This document shows positions 14,941 to 26,439 of a DNA stretch of 64,000 bases, in pieces. This DNA is from the human T2T-CHM13v2.0 reference genome, Homo sapiens, in assembly GCF_009914755.1 (NCBI RefSeq), contig NC_060929.1. One strand, given 5' to 3'. The notes under the pieces were generated by a model. That model saw nothing but the letters and a program-made list of their open reading frames with translations. It was not told the origin of the DNA and searched no databases. The position numbers and the translations under genes are program-made. Each line of letters starts with the position of its first letter. Position 1 is the first letter of the stretch.

Positions 14941-17400
14941 TCACAGCACAATGAATTAGAAATAAAGACTAGGAAATTCACTTAAAGCCTTACAATTACA
15001 TGGGAACTGAATAACCTGATCCTGAATGACTTTTGGGTAAATAATGAAATTAAGGCAGAAATCAAGAAGTTCTTTGAAACTAATGAGAACGAAGATACAA
15101 CATACCAGAATCTCTGGGACACAGCTAAGGAAGTGATAAGAGGGAAATTTATAGCACTAAATGTCCACATCAAAAAGTTAGAAAGATCTCAAGTTAACAA
15201 CCTAACATCACAACTAAAAAAATTAGAGAACCAAGGGCAGATAAATCCCAAAGCTAGCAGAAGACAAGAAATAACCAAAATCAGAGCTGAACTGAAGGAG
15301 ATAGAGACACACAAAAAATTCAAAAGATCAGTGATTCCAGGAGCTGTTTGTTTGAAAAAATTAATAATACATAGACTGCTATCTAGACTAATAAGAAAAG
15401 ACAGAAGACGCAAATAAACACGATCAATATGATAAGGGAGATATTACCACTGACTCCACAGAAATACACACAATCAGAGAATGTTGTGAACGTATCTATG
15501 CACATAAACGAGAAAATCTAGAAGAAATGGATAAATTCTCGGACACATACATCCTGCCAAAACTGAACCAGGAATAATTGAATCCCTGAACAGACCTGTA
15601 AAGAGCTCTATAATTGAGGCAGTAATTAATAGCCTACCATCCAAAAAAAGCTCAGGATCATACAGATTCACAGTTGAATTCTAGCAGACAGACAATGAAG
15701 ACTGTACTATTCTTATTGCAACTATTCCAAAAAATTGAAAAGGAGGGACTCCTCCCTAACTGATTCTATGAGGCCAGCATCGTCCTGATACCAAAACCTG
15801 GCAGAGATACAACAAAAAAAGAAAACTTCAGGCCAATATCCTTGATGAACATCAAGGCAAAAATCCTCCACAAAATACTGGCAAACCAAATCGAACAGCA
15901 CATCAAAAAGTTTATCCACCACTGTCAAGTAGGCTTCATCCCCGGGATACAAGTTGGGTTCAACATACACAAATCAATACATGTGATTCAACATAAACAG
16001 AACTAAAGGAAAAAAAATATTATTATCTCGATAGATGTAGAAAAGGCTTTTAATACAATTCGATGTCCATTCATGTTAAAAACTTGCAATAAACTAGGTA
16101 TTGAAGGAACATACCTCAAAATAATAAGAGCCATATATGACAAACCCATAACCAACATCATACTGAATGAGAAAAAGCTGAAAGCCTTTCCTCTTGAAAA
16201 CCGGCACAAGGAAAGGATGCTCTTTCTTACCACTCCTATTCAACACAGTACTGGAGGTCCTGGCCAGGGCAATCAGGCAAGAGAAAGATATAAAGAGCAT
16301 CCAAATAGGAAGAGAGGAAGTCAAGCTATACCTGTTTGCAGATGACATGATCCTATAGCTAGAAAGCCCCATACTCTCAGCCCAAAAGCTTCTTAAGCTG
16401 ATAAACAACTTCAGAAAAGTCTCAGGATACAGAATCAATGTGCAAAAATATCACTAGCATTCCTATACATCAAGAACAGTCAAGCCAAGAGCCAAATCAG
16501 GAACAAACTCTCACTGACAATTGCCATAAAATGAATAAAATACCTAGGAATACAGGTAACTAGTGAGGTGAAAGATCTCTACAAAGTAAACTATACAAAC
16601 CACTGCTCAAACAAATCAGAGACTACACAAACAAATGGAAAAACATTCCATGCTCATGGATAGGAAGAATCAATATTATTAAAATGTCTATACTGCCCAA
16701 AGCAATTTATAGTGTCAGTGTTCTTCCCATTAAACTACCATTGCCATTCTTCTCAGAGCTAGAGAAAACTATTTTAAAATTCATATGGAACCAAAAAAGA
16801 GCCTGAGTAGCCAAGGCAATCCTAAGCAAAAAGAACAAAGTTGGAGGCATCACACTACCCAACTTCAAACTATACTATACAGCTACAGTAAACAAACAAC
16901 ATGGTTCTGGTACAAAAACAGGTACATAGACCAATGGAACAGAATAAAGAACCCGGAAATAAGACCACACGCCAACAACTATCTGATATGCCACAAACCT
17001 GACAAAAACAAGCAATGGGGAAAGGACTCCCTATTTGACAAATGGTGCTGGGATAACTGCACTAGCCATGTGCAGAGGATTGAAACTGGACCTTTCCCTT
17101 ACACCATTTACAAAAATCAACTCAAGATGGATTAAAGACTTAAATGTAAAACCCAAAACTACAAAAACCCTGGAAGACAACCTAGGCAATACTATTCAGG
17201 ACATAGGCACAGGCAAAGATTTCATGACGAAGATTCCAAAAGCAATTGCAACCAAAGCAAAAATTGATTAATGGGATCTAATTAAACTAAAGAGCTTCTG
17301 GACAGCAAAAGAAACTATCAAGAGAGGAAACAGACAACCTACAGAATGAGAGAAAATTTTTGCAAACTATACATCTGACAAGGGTCTAATATTCAGCATC

Positions 17401-17660
17401 CGCATATTCTCACTCATAGATGGGAATTGAACAATGAGATCACATGGACACAGGAAGGGGAATATCACACTCTGGGGACTGTTGTGGGGTGGGGGGAGGG
17501 GGGAGGGATAGCATCGGGAGATATACCTAATGCTAGATGACGAGTTGGTGGGTGCAGCGCACCAGCATGGCACATGTATGCATATGTAACTAACCTGCAC
17601 AATGTGCACATGTACCCTAAAACTTAAAGTTAATTAAAAAAATAAAAAGAAAAAAAAAAA
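17401..17660 (+). mobile_element. Short young L1 3' end (L1PA2-like)
   Basis: GAGATCACATGG, GAATATCACACTCTGGGG, CTAGATGACGAG, CAGCGCACCAGC, TAACTAACC; A tail. Carries GAG, not the Ta ACA. Confidence 0.9.
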
Positions 17661-18924
17661 GAATTTAACAGTTTTGCAAGAAAAAAACCCAACTCCATTA
17701 AAAAGTGGGCAAAGGACGTGAACAGACACTTCTCAAAAGAAGACATACACATGGCCAACAATCATATAAAAAAAGTTCAACATCACTGATCATTAGAGAA
17801 ATGCAAATCAAAACCACAATGAGATACCATCTCACACCCACCAGAATGGCTATTATTTAAAAGTCAAAACACAACAGATGCTGGTGAGATTGTGGAGAAA
17901 AAGGAATGCTTTTATGCTGTTGGTGGGAGTGTAAATTAGTTTAGCCATTGTGGAAGACAATATAGTGATTCCTCAAAGATCTAAAGACAGAAATACCATT
18001 CCACCCAGCAATCCCATTACTGGGTATATACCCAAAGGAATATAAATCATTCTGTTATAAAGACACATGCACATGTATGTTTATTGTAGCACTATTCACA
18101 ATAGCAAAGACATGGAATCAACCTAAATGCCCATCAATGATAGACTGAATAAAGAAAATGTGACACATATATACCCTGGAATACTATGCAGTCATAAAAA
18201 ACAACAAGATCATGTCCTTTGCAGGGACATGGATGGTGCTAGAGACCACTATCCTTAGCAAACTAATGCAGGAACAGAAAACCAAACACCGCATGTTCTC
18301 ACTTATAAGTGGGAGCTGAATGATGAGAACACATGGACACTTAGAGGCGAACAACACACACTGGAGCCTTTTGGAGGGGGGAGGGTGAATAGTTGGAGGA
18401 AGAAGATTAGGAAAAATAACCAATGGGTACTAGGCTTAATATTTGGGTGATGAAATAATCTGTACAACAAACCCTCATGATACAAGTTTACCTATGTAAC
18501 AAACCTGTAACAAGCAAGTTTACCTATGTAACAAACACAACATAATAATCTGTAATATAAATCTGTACAACAGACCCTCATAACACAAGTTTACCTATGT
18601 AACAAACCTGTACTCATACCCCTGAACTTAAAATAACAGTTAAAAAAAAGAGGATCTGGTGTGACTAATCTGCGTGTCACTCGGGACCATCATTATGTGG
18701 CCGAAGAGCAGCTGTCAGAAACTTTGAACAGAACTACTTAACTTTCAGCACCAAATGATTCAATTGAGGGAAAAAATATAAGCTTAGAAAAATGACATCA
18801 AAAGCTGCAGAAAGAAGGTCTGCGGCTTGGGAGGAAAACTCTGGAGCTGATAGTGGCATTCTTTTAAGAAATGCTGCAATCACCGATGGTCATGAGTGCA
18901 GAAGATGATAATTGTAGTGCAAAT

Positions 18925-19600
18925 ATCTTGTCTTGTCATTCACAGGTCTCCTAATAAAGAGGAGCCACATCAAAATCTGATGCAGGTTGCAAAATTATGG
19001 GCCAGCTTTAAAAAAAAAAAAAAAGATGTTTTGGCGAACTTTATAGGTGATGAGTGTATTTTGCATGTAGAAGGCATGTGAACAATGGCGGTTGTAGGAC
19101 AGACTGTGATAGTTGCATTCATAGTCTCATTTGATAGCTTCCTTGTATCTGCGCCCTGTGCCCAGTAACTGCATAGTGCCTTCCCTGCCTCTGAGATTTG
19201 CCTTATGACTTGCTTTGGTCGATAGAATGCTAGCAAATGTGACCCAAGGAAAGGACTGAAAAGCACTTGTCCTTTCTGCTCTCCTTCTTGCAATGGTTTG
19301 CATTCTAATCCTTTACTCAAACTGTGAGTATATTGCTGCATGTTTGTAATGGAGGGAAATAAGAGACAGATGGAGGAGACAGCTAAAATGCCTAGTTGTC
19401 TCAGCCATCTCGGCCAGCCCAGCTACTCCAGCTGAAGCTGTCTTAAGTCAGTCTATAGCCATGTGAGGGAACCCTGCCAAGATCAGAAGAGTGTCTGATC
19501 GAACCCCTCCTAAACTGCCCACCCATATAGAACTAAATAAATGCAAAATGGATGGATTAAAATACTCTAATGGAAACTGCATGAACAATGCAGTAGATAT
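18925..19600 (+). mobile_element. MLT1 (F/G/H-like) LTR with short internal segment
   Basis: GTGAGTGTATTTTGCATGT-like internal end, then TGTGATAG..GACTTGCTTTGG..CAGCAAATGTGAC-like LTR motifs. Confidence 0.55.
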
Positions 19601-19734
19601 ACTGTTCTTGGTTGTGGAGGTAGAATTAGGATCTATAGACATAAGTTACCAAAAAGCAGATTTACATTCCAGTGAAGGAAAATAATCTAATAAGTTGACA
19701 GAAAGAGAATATGAAACTTTCTTTTTATAATAAT

Positions 19735-19904
19735 AGCAAATAGCAAATGATAGTAATAAAAGGGCCTACTATATGCTAGGCTAGGTGCTTTGCCTCAGTT
19801 ATCAAATGACCTAATATAAATCTTGCAGCAAGCCTGTGAGGTTATTACTATGCCCATTTTATAGATAAAGAAGTTAAAAATCAGAGAGGTAGTAATTTAC
19901 CCAC
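19735..19904 (-). mobile_element. MIR (interrupted by MLT2)
   Basis: CCCATTTTATAGATAAAGAAGTTAAAAATCAGAGAGGT. Confidence 0.65.
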
Positions 19905-19936
19905 TGTATCAGTCAGGGTTCCATGAGAAGTAAGAG

Positions 19937-19969
19937 ATCTATCTGCCTATCTATCTATCTATCTATCTA

Positions 19970-20013
<44 letters not shown>

Positions 20014-20057
20014 ATCTATCTGTCATCTGTCTATCTAGCATCATCATCTATCTACCT
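19937..20057. repeat. (TATC)n compound tetranucleotide STR
   Basis: Direct read; includes a 2-bp TA interruption. Confidence 0.95.
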
Positions 20058-20350
20058 AAGGAATAGACAAGAAATTGGCTTATGTGATTGTGAGGACTGC
20101 ATAGGCAAGTCTGAATTCCATAGGGCAAACCATCAGGAAGGGCAGGCTGGAACTTTCAGACTCGAACTGAAGCTGCAATACACAAGCAAAATTTCTTCCC
20201 CAGGGAAGTCTTAATTCTTCTCTGCAGGTTTTCAATTGATTGAATCAGGCCCACCCAGATTACCTAAAATAATCTCCTTTGCTTACACTGACTATAGGCT
20301 TTTATCACATCTTTACCTTCACAGCAGCACCTCGATTAGTGCTTGATTGC

Positions 20351-20799
20351 TGTCTTAGTCCATTTTTGTGTTGCTATAACAGAATACTTGAGGCTGGGTG
20401 ATTTATAAAGGAAAGGGGTTTATTTGGCTCATGATTCTGGTGGCTGGAATGTTCAAGAGTACACAGTTGCATCTGGTGAGGGTCTCCGGCTGCTTCAACT
20501 CATGAAGGCAAGCAGAAGAGGAGCAGCTATGTGCAAAAAGATCACATGGGAGAGAGAAAGAGAGAAAGAAATCCTGGAAGCTAGACTCATTTTAGCAATC
20601 CACTCTCAGCAGGATCTAACCCATTCCTTGGAGAATGAAAATTCACTCACCCGAGAGGGAGGGCATTAATCTATTCATGAGGGATCTGCTCCTATGATCC
20701 AAACACCACCTACTAGGCCCCACCTCCCAACACTGCTGCATTGGGGATCAAATTTCAACATGAGTTTTAGCACAGAGAAACCGTATCCAACCCATAGCA
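20351..20799 (-). mobile_element. MST (MaLR) solo LTR
   Basis: TGTCTTAGTCCATTT...CCATAGCA; TSD ATTGC/ATTGA. Confidence 0.88.
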
Positions 20800-21042
20800 A
20801 TTGATCAACTGGGAACTACAGTCAGGTTGACCCATAGAATCAACCATCACACCCAAAGCCTGTGCTCTCTCCAGGATATAATTTCATCCAGTGCTCTAAT
20901 AAGCACCTGCTCCTAAAAATTGGATCCTCACTATTACCAGAAATATACAAACATAAGCTGCTTAATGATTTGTCAGAAATGGGGAAAGATGTCCTTGCTC
21001 TAGATGGAAGTTAGACTAGAATCCATTCCAGGGCTGAGATTC

Positions 21043-21155
21043 AGTAGTCTTTTGTTACTAAGTAGTAACAAAAGTAATGTTAAAAAAAAGTAATGTTAAA
21101 AAAAGTAAAAAAAGTGATGTTACTACTTAGTAACAAAGTAGTCAATGTTACTAAG
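21043..21155. repeat. Compound inverted/tandem repeat
   Basis: Perfect 20-bp inverted repeat 21051-21070 / 21118-21137; internal 12-bp hairpin; AAAAGTAATGTT tandem units. Confidence 0.9.
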
Positions 21156-21448
21156 ATTTGCTTAGTAGGAGCTCTTAGAGAGCCCACATTAGTAGATAGA
21201 GAATGCTAAAGGGCAATATGTGAAATAGGTGCATTCACAATATTTAATAAGTCTGCTTATAAACAGCTTATTGTTAGTTTTGGAAACACCTTTTCAATCT
21301 TATTTAAAATATTAATCTGAATAATCTCAGGATAATGGGCTTATTAAGTAAATGAAAAGGATAATCACGTGTTTGTATCTGTATTCTCACTGTTTTTGAA
21401 TTGATTGTGAATAAATGTAGTGTTACAATATACACCATTTGAAGAAAT

Positions 21449-21533
21449 AACTAATATTTTACATACTAAAGTCGGTTGTGGTAGGCCATTATTCGGCCTA
21501 CCACAACCGACTTCAGTATGTAAAATATTAGTT
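21449..21533. repeat. 39-bp-arm inverted repeat, 7-nt loop
   Basis: Arms 21449-21487 and 21495-21533; one mismatch. Confidence 0.97.
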
Positions 21534-22002
21534 TGCAAAGACATCCAGCTTCTAATCCCAGAACCTGTGAATGTTATCTTGTATGCTAAAGGAACTTTGC
21601 ATATATGATTAAGCTAAGGATCTTGAGATGGGGAGATAAGCCTGGATTACCCAAATTGGTCCAGTGGAATTACTTAGTGCAATCCCTGAAAGATGGATGC
21701 AGGAGGACTCAGAGCCAGAAGAGATGGAGACGGATGACAGAAGCAGAGAGTGAAGTGATGTGCTCTGAGAAGAGAAAGGGTCTACAAGCCAACTAGTACA
21801 GGTGGCTATTAGAGGCTAGAAAAGGCAAGAAAACATTGCCCCTCAGAGCCTCCAGAAGGAATCAGCCCTGCCAGTATCTTGACATTAGCCCAGTGAAATT
21901 TTGGACTTTTGCCTTCCAGAACGATAAGGGAGTAAATTTGTGTTGTTTTTAAGCCACTAAGTTTGTAGTAATTTGTTACAGCAGCAATAGAAAACTAATA
22001 TA
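21477..22002 (+). mobile_element. MLT1D-like solo LTR
   Basis: TGTGGTAGGC start; GAACCTGTGAATGTTA, AAGGATCTTGAGATGGGGAGAT; end TTGTTACAGCAGCAATAGAAAACTAATA. Confidence 0.85.
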
Positions 22003-22126
22003 TTCAATAGAGAAAGTTTTTGGTAGTTACTTATTCTAGGCTTAGTTTTAGGACAGTCTTCGAAGGGCAGGTAACAAATACCACTGGTTCCATTCATAAC
22101 CTCATTCTCACTAGCTGGAGATGGTC

Positions 22127-22657
22127 TTTGCTGGGATACATGTCTCCGTGAGTCTCTTGCATTTCTTTATGTCTTGTGTCTGTTTGTTCTGGATTGTCTT
22201 TTCAAGGATGTTTGTATAGTCAAGAGCCTTCGCAGATAGAGATACTGTCTCCCTTTGAGGCAGAGGCCAGATGCATTTGCTGTCCAGAGTATCCCACTGT
22301 CCAGGATAATAAAGATAATGTTTTCCTCTGGGGCATGGGTTAGGCATGTTTGCTGGCAATGCTTTTAAAAGATAGGGGCTTACTAAATTTAGCATTTCTC
22401 ATTTGGGACACAAACCCACCATGCTCTCCATATCAACCTAGACCTGCCTCTACATTGTGTCCATGGGACTTTGGGGAAGAAGGACAGGGAAAATCAATGC
22501 AAAATGAAGCTCACACTGCTCGCTGTGTTCTAAGTTATAAAGTCCATTGTTTCTGAACCAAGAGTCTTATGCCTCCTGCCAGCGTCCATGAACCAGCAGC
22601 AGGCAAATTTGTTAGTTTGCAAGTAAGGTAAAATCTGACACTTAACAGTTTTTGATG
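22127..22657 (+). mobile_element. ERVL-type LTR (MER77-like)
   Basis: TTTTCAAGGATGTTTGTATAG..GATAGAGATA..GTCTCCCT..ATAATAAAGATAATG. Confidence 0.6.
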
Positions 22658-22659
22658 CA

Positions 22660-23010
22660 CTTCCAGCTGGGGGTAGCTGTGTCACATAGTATTGGCTTGT
22701 GAAATGTACACAGAAGTCTGATGAGGGTGTGACTGAAGGTACTTTCTTGATTATTCCATCAATTTCCCCCTTCCTTTGACCTGTAACTCAGACAGGATGC
22801 AGGTACAACATCTATCTTGCAACTATGAGGCCAAATACCAAAACGCTAAAGATGATAGAGCAGAGAGTTGGAAAGTACCTGGATGCCTGATGGCATCTTT
22901 GAGCAGGAAAACCAACTCTGGACTACCTACTTCCAGATTTCTTCTTATGTGAAGAAAACAAAACCCCTGTTTGTTCACTGTAATGTTGAGTAGATATTGT
23001 TATTCAGAGC
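22660..23010 (+). mobile_element. Old MLT1 (J/K-like) LTR fragment
   Basis: CCTGGATGCCTGATGGCATC..GACTACCTACTTCCAGATTTCTT. Confidence 0.5.
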
Positions 23011-23254
23011 TGAAGGCATTTCAGATCAAAAGTGAAAACAAAGATTTAGTTCTAAATCTCTGCTGTGTTCATTTCTCTCATAAAATAAAAGTAGGTTTGT
23101 TGTTTTAAATGATAAAACAAGTGTATTCTTGAAAAACTTAAACAATATTGCAAAGCATAAAAATAAAGCAATCACTACTGCCATCTACTACTAGTGACCA
23201 CCACTAATTGTCTTAGTTAATGTTTGTGTAGAATAGTCAGAGTGGGCTGGTTCT

Positions 23255-23468
23255 AGTGTTAGTGTTAGGGTGTTTGTGTGAGAATCTTAACTCCATCACT
23301 TATTAGCTATGACCTAAGGCAAGTTATTTAAATGTTACCTGCATTAGTTACTGATTTGTAAAATGAGTATAAAACACCTACCTTTTGAAAATTATATTAG
23401 TCAACATACATAAAACATTCAGAACAGTTCTTTACACAGAGTAGGCACACATTAAATGTGGTTATTTT
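23255..23468 (+). mobile_element. MIR
   Basis: CATCACTTATTAGCTATGACCTAAGGCAAGTTATTTAA..TGTAAAATG. Confidence 0.7.
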
Positions 23469-24101
23469 CATCCTCCCAGACTTTCACTGTGAGTTCATGT
23501 GCATGTATGTGTGCACACACACACATATACATTTAAGATAGGACATTACTGTATATGTCATATTGTCATTTTTTCCTATTTAACATTATTTCAGAGGCAT
23601 GTTTTCATGTCAATAAATATAATAAACATTGCCACTTGTAGTGGCTGTCAGGTATTTCAGTATGTAAATGCACATTGCTTTACTTTACCAGTCTCTGATG
23701 ATCAATGAGGCTTTATAAAGTTTCCCGCTATGGTAAACAAAGCTGTGTTGAACATATTTATATGTCACTTTTAAATACTAAATAAATAAGAACTATTTAT
23801 CATAGTATTTTCTTCTAATCATTTCCCAGAAATACAAATAATTAGGACCTCAGCTGACCTGGAGGGAAATCTGAACTGTCAAGTGTTGAAGTCAATGAAA
23901 GCAAAATAAGCCCAAATGAAAGTAACAGTCATGCCTGTCATCACTTTCTTTGACAGTATAAGTAAAAGGCTGGAACTGGAGAAAGCCACTGACTCTCCCA
24001 TTCTATTTTTCCCCATGGAAGAGCACACTGGTCAAGTGTTAGGTGGATCAGTGCAGACATAAGGATGGTCTCTCTTTTGAGGAAACCCAGAACAAAAGGC
24101 C

Positions 24102-25941
24102 TGAAGGAAACCAGAATATGTCACACCAAAATATGCCTCTTTGGTTATTTTGAGCTGAAGGCAATTAAGAAGCAGCAAATGGAGGAAAAGCCCTATCTAT
24201 CCTCCCCCTTTTCACTCTACAGACAGGATAGAAATTCTCCTTTACTGGAGTAACTCTAGAATGTTACCAGCCCAGAGACCAGACGGTACCAGATGAATCT
24301 GCAAACAGACCTCACTGCATTAGTTTCCTCCCATATATTTACCTTCCCATAGTTTCCTGCCCTTAGAAAACTACAACCACTTTCCTTTGTCTTGTCATTT
24401 CTCTACAAATTTATTGTTCTTTCTTAAATATACTACATAAGTGGAGTTCTTTTTTTCGAAATTTAAACAAAAAAGGATTAATTTGTCAATAGGTGGAGTT
24501 TTCCCACTTTCCAATAAACCACCTTTTTTTCTTTTCCTTTTTTATTTTAAGTTCATGGGTACACGTGCAGGAGAATGCGCAGGTCTGTTACATAAGTAAA
24601 CGTGTGATATGGTGGTTTGCTGCAAAGATTATCTCATCACCTAGGTATTAAGTCCGACATCCATTAGCTATTCTTCTTGATGCTGTCCCTCCTCCCCTCG
24701 ACTCTGTGACAGGCCCCATGTGTCCATGTGTTCTCATCCTTCAGCTCCCACTTATAAGTGAGAGCATGTGGTGCTTGGTTTTCTGTTCCTGTGTTAGTTT
24801 GCTGAGAATAATGGCCTCCAGCTCCATTTATGTCCCTGCAAAGGATGTGGTCTTGTTCCTTTTTGTGGCTGCATAGTATTTCATGTTGTATATGTGCCAC
24901 ATTTTCTTTATCCAGTCTATCATTGTTGGGCATTCAGGTTGATTCTATGTCTTTGCTATTGTGAATAGTGCTGCAATGAACATACATGTACATGTGTCTT
25001 TATAGTAGAATGATTTCTATTCCCTTGGGTATATATCTAGTAATGGGATTGCTGTGTAGAATGGTATTTCTGCCTCTAGGTCTTTGAGAAATTGCCACAC
25101 TGTCTTCCACAATGGTGGAACTAATTTACACTCCCACCTAGAGTGTAAAAGCATTCCTATTTCTCCACAAACTCACCAGCATCTGTTGTTTTTTGACTTT
25201 TTAGTAATAGCCATTATGACAGGTGTGAGGTGGTATCTCAATGTGGTTTTGATTTGCATTTCTCTAATGATCTTTGATGTTGAGCTTTTTTTTTTTCATA
25301 TGATTATTGGCCACATGTATGTCTTCTTTTGGGAAGTGCCTGTTTATGTCCTTGGCCCCCTTTTTAATGGGGTTTTTTTTTTGGTAAGTTTGTTTAAATT
25401 CCTTGTAGATGCTGAATATCAGGCCTTTGTCAGGTGAATAGATTGCAAAAATTTTCTTTCATTCTACAGAATGACATAGGTTGTCCAGTTTACTATGATG
25501 ATAGTTTCTTTTGCTGTGCAAAAGCTCTTTTATTTAATTTAGATCTCATTTGTCAATTTTTGCTTTTGTTGCAGTTGCCTTTGGCATCTTCATCATGAAA
25601 TCTTTGCCCATGCCTATGTTCTGAATGGTATTGCTTAGATTTCCTTCTAGGGTTTTTATAGCTTTGGGTTGATATTTAAGTCTTTAGTTTATCTTGAGTT
25701 CGTTTTTAAACATGGTGTAAGGAAGGGGTCCAGTTTCAATCTTCTGCATCTGTCTAGCCAGTCCTCAAGAATAAGCCACCATTTTAAATTACTTTTCATT
25801 GACATTTCTCCTGCATCATGTGCACTGCGTGAGTTAATAAACTCTTTGTTTTTCTCTTGTTAATCTTTCTTTCATTACAGAGTTCTGTTCCAACTAAGAA
25901 TCCACAAGCATTAAGGAAAAAATTACTTTTTCTCTCTTACA
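24102..25941 (+). mobile_element. ERV1 LTR (MER34/MER39-like), split by L1; own sequence ~24102-24450 and ~25770-25941
   Basis: TGAAGGAAACCAGAATATG..CCAAAATATGCC..TTTTGAGCTGAAGGCAATT; AATAAA and ..TCTCTTACA end. Confidence 0.65.
24525..25762 (-). mobile_element. 5'-truncated L1 (L1PA10-13-like)
   Basis: T-rich tail, 3'UTR CATCACCTAGGTATTAAG..CCATTAGCTATT, ORF2 C-terminus. Confidence 0.9.
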
Positions 25942-26075
25942 GGTTTCTGCAGTTTATACCTGGGGTTTCAGAGAGTGTGAAGGGGAAGGACTAGGAGTAG
26001 AAAAGTCCTGAGTCAAAGTGGGACCTCTACCCAAAGTCTTAGACAACAAGTCCTGGGAATGAAGGTGCTAGGGCT

Positions 26076-26202
26076 GGAGATATACCTAATGTAAATGACG
26101 AGTTAATGGGTGCAGCACACCAACATGGCACATGTATACATATGTAACAAACCAGCACATTGTGCACATATATCCTAGAACTTAAAGTATAATAAAAAAA
26201 AA
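26076..26202 (+). mobile_element. Very short L1PA (PA5-like) 3' end
   Basis: GGAGATATACCTAATGTAAATGACGAG..CTAGAACTTAAAGTATAATAAAAA. Confidence 0.88.
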
Positions 26203-26439
26203 GTGAAGGGTATACCTCAAGGCTAGAAGAGCTTGAGACTTTGACTGCAACTCCCTTCAGAGACTACAATGCATTGGCTGTGCACCAAGTCTGATATGAG
26301 AAGGGCAGATTTCTCCCATGAAGACTGCCAGGTAAAGCTTTTGTAATTGCCTATCGTCAGGCCTGAAAAATCACACACACAGTTGTAACCAGGAGCCAGC
26401 CTCCTCATAAATGCTGGGCCAAAGTATATACATGTTTTT

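Larger units (their letters stand above)
19905..20851 (-). mobile_element. MLT2 (ERVL) solo LTR, interrupted by MST
   Basis: TGTATCAGTCAGGGTT...AACCATCACA; TSD CCCAC/CCCAA. Confidence 0.8.
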
